A stretch of 64,000 nucleotides of DNA from Candidatus Dojkabacteria bacterium (GTDB taxonomy: Bacteria; Patescibacteriota; Dojkabacteria; SC72; JAFGCJ01), in the NCBI GenBank assembly GCA_016932785.1, contig JAFGCJ010000002.1, positions 81,777-145,776 on the forward strand, written 5' to 3'. The notes beneath the pieces are model-generated. The model did not search any database, was not told where the DNA came from, and worked only from the letters and a program-made list of their open reading frames with translations. The position numbers and the translations under genes were made by a program. This document shows, piece after piece, positions 63,275 through 64,000 of this stretch. Each line of letters begins with the position of its first letter. The first letter of the stretch is position 1.

Positions 63275-63360
63275 TTAAAAATCGCGCAATATTGACAAAA
63301 TTTGAATGTCTGCTATAATCTGAGTACACTCTTAATCATTCCCTAGGCTTTTTGGTTAGA

Positions 63361-63834
63361 TCAAATCTTTTTTTCCAGTAGCTTCTTTAGTTTCTCCCTT
63401 TTCTCAGTGTTATTAACACAAATCCAAAATGGAATGGATGCCTTCTTTGCAAAGAAATAGATGTACTGATTTACAATTTTTACCTTTTCAATATTAGAAT
63501 ACGGTATTTTTGTTTCAACACCAGTAACAGGTTTTGTTGAAATTAAGTAGGAATCACTGAATTCAACTGCAAACTTATCATCCCAGTTTTTACGAGTCAA
63601 AATAATCCTAACAACAACAAAAATCTGTACAAGTAAAAGTATACTTACAAATGCTACAGGAAAAACCAGAGGTATTGAATCGAAAATGAAAATAGCGGCC
63701 AAAGAAACGAGAAAACTATACGTGATTAAAAGAAATGTCCTGAATGGCCGTAACACATATGTAATATATGAGACAGTAACCATCTGCGAAAAAGTCGGAG
63801 TAAATTCTATTTTAACTTTGTTTTTAGTTGTCAT
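63361..63834 (-). CDS. Small two-TM membrane protein (possibly YcxB-like)
   Basis: 157 aa with two adjacent TM helices followed by a ~70-aa soluble domain. The family guess is weak. Confidence 0.5.
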   Translation of the reverse strand: MTTKNKVKIEFTPTFSQMVTVSYITYVLRPFRTFLLITYSFLVSLAAIFIFDSIPLVFPVAFVSILLLVQIFVVVRIILTRKNWDDKFAVEFSDSYLISTKPVTGVETKIPYSNIEKVKIVNQYIYFFAKKASIPFWICVNNTEKREKLKKLLEKKI

Positions 63835-63854
63835 TATATGTTCTTATAGGAAAC

Positions 63855-63928
63855 TGGACCAGGGGAGACTCGAACTCCCAACCTCACGGATGTAAGCCGT
63901 GTGCTCTAACCAGTTGAGCTACCGGTCC
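63855..63928 (-). tRNA. tRNA-Val (TAC)
   Basis: Acceptor GGACCGG/CTGGTCC (one G-U), D-arm GCTC AACTGGTTA GAGC, anticodon stem CACGG/CCGTG with loop CTTACAT, T-arm GGGAG TTCGAGT CTCCC. Confidence 0.9.
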
Positions 63929-64000
63929 TTAGGACTCAGTTTGTACTATTAATAATGGATATTCTATTTTTTTGCAATGATTTTGTAGACCTATAGCAAC

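Noticed and set aside
63292-63319. Perfect TTGACA-16-TATAAT promoter on the plus strand.
   Set aside because: No plus-strand ORF or convincing terminated sRNA lies downstream. It points antisense into the 63361-63834 gene. Kept only as a note under the tandem-repeat finding; it could be a chance match in AT-rich DNA or an antisense promoter.
1-64000. Alternative genetic code (UGA recoding, as in some CPR lineages) or programmed frameshifts.
   Set aside because: Long ORFs with clear homology-type motifs are intact under the standard code, and TGA is used as a genuine stop (for example 18351-18353 and 42819-42821). No split housekeeping genes were seen.

Overview
Gene-dense chromosomal segment: about 60 CDS and 8 tRNAs, with no rRNA, transposase, integrase or CRISPR array seen. 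The host is a low-GC bacterium using the standard genetic code. Gene content suggests a Candidate Phyla Radiation / Patescibacteria-type genome: bacterial Elp3, a TsaC-TsaE fusion, GatCAB, cohesin/dockerin-like and Csc-like surface proteins, a large glycosyltransferase block, many orphan proteins and promoters abutting start codons. This taxonomy is inference only. Recognisable backbone, left to right: a surface-protein pair; folD, nth, lexA; a lipid/glycan block (PAP2-like, lgt, flippase-like, GT2, GT39-like, GT4, GT2); a dockerin-like plus cohesin-like pair; umuDC; GNAT; Nudix; Elp3; an accessory trio (pentapeptide, NNMT-type methyltransferase, hydrolase) next to tRNA-Asp; a VWC-like Cys-repeat protein; DUF2330; a degenerate Fic-HTH; gatCAB; lepB; parAB; rlmB-like, rpmA, an RNA methylase and rplU; a SEDS protein; ileS behind a T-box leader; ftsQ, ftsA, ftsZ and yggU; the tsaC-tsaE fusion; ppdK; patatin; an ABC exporter. 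The most interesting unexplained content is at 51.0-55.9 kb. There a B-box zinc-finger ORF is translationally coupled to a PqqD/RRE-like domain fused to an M50-type membrane protease. It lies divergent from a 1053-aa orphan protein and near a 71-aa ORF whose N-terminus looks like an NHLP/Nif11-type RiPP leader. I propose this as a candidate uncharacterised peptide-processing locus. Other notable items: a 14/16-identical direct-repeat motif (TTCGG-N6-TTCGG) in both the lexA and umuD promoters (candidate non-palindromic SOS box); an orphan promoter, 38-codon ORF and terminator unit; a GC-rich three-way-junction element with an embedded mini-ORF upstream of the GNAT gene; a divergent arginase-fold protein next to patatin; and a 2 x 54 bp tandem repeat upstream of the ABC exporter. 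All domain calls come from by-eye motif recognition and no database search was run.
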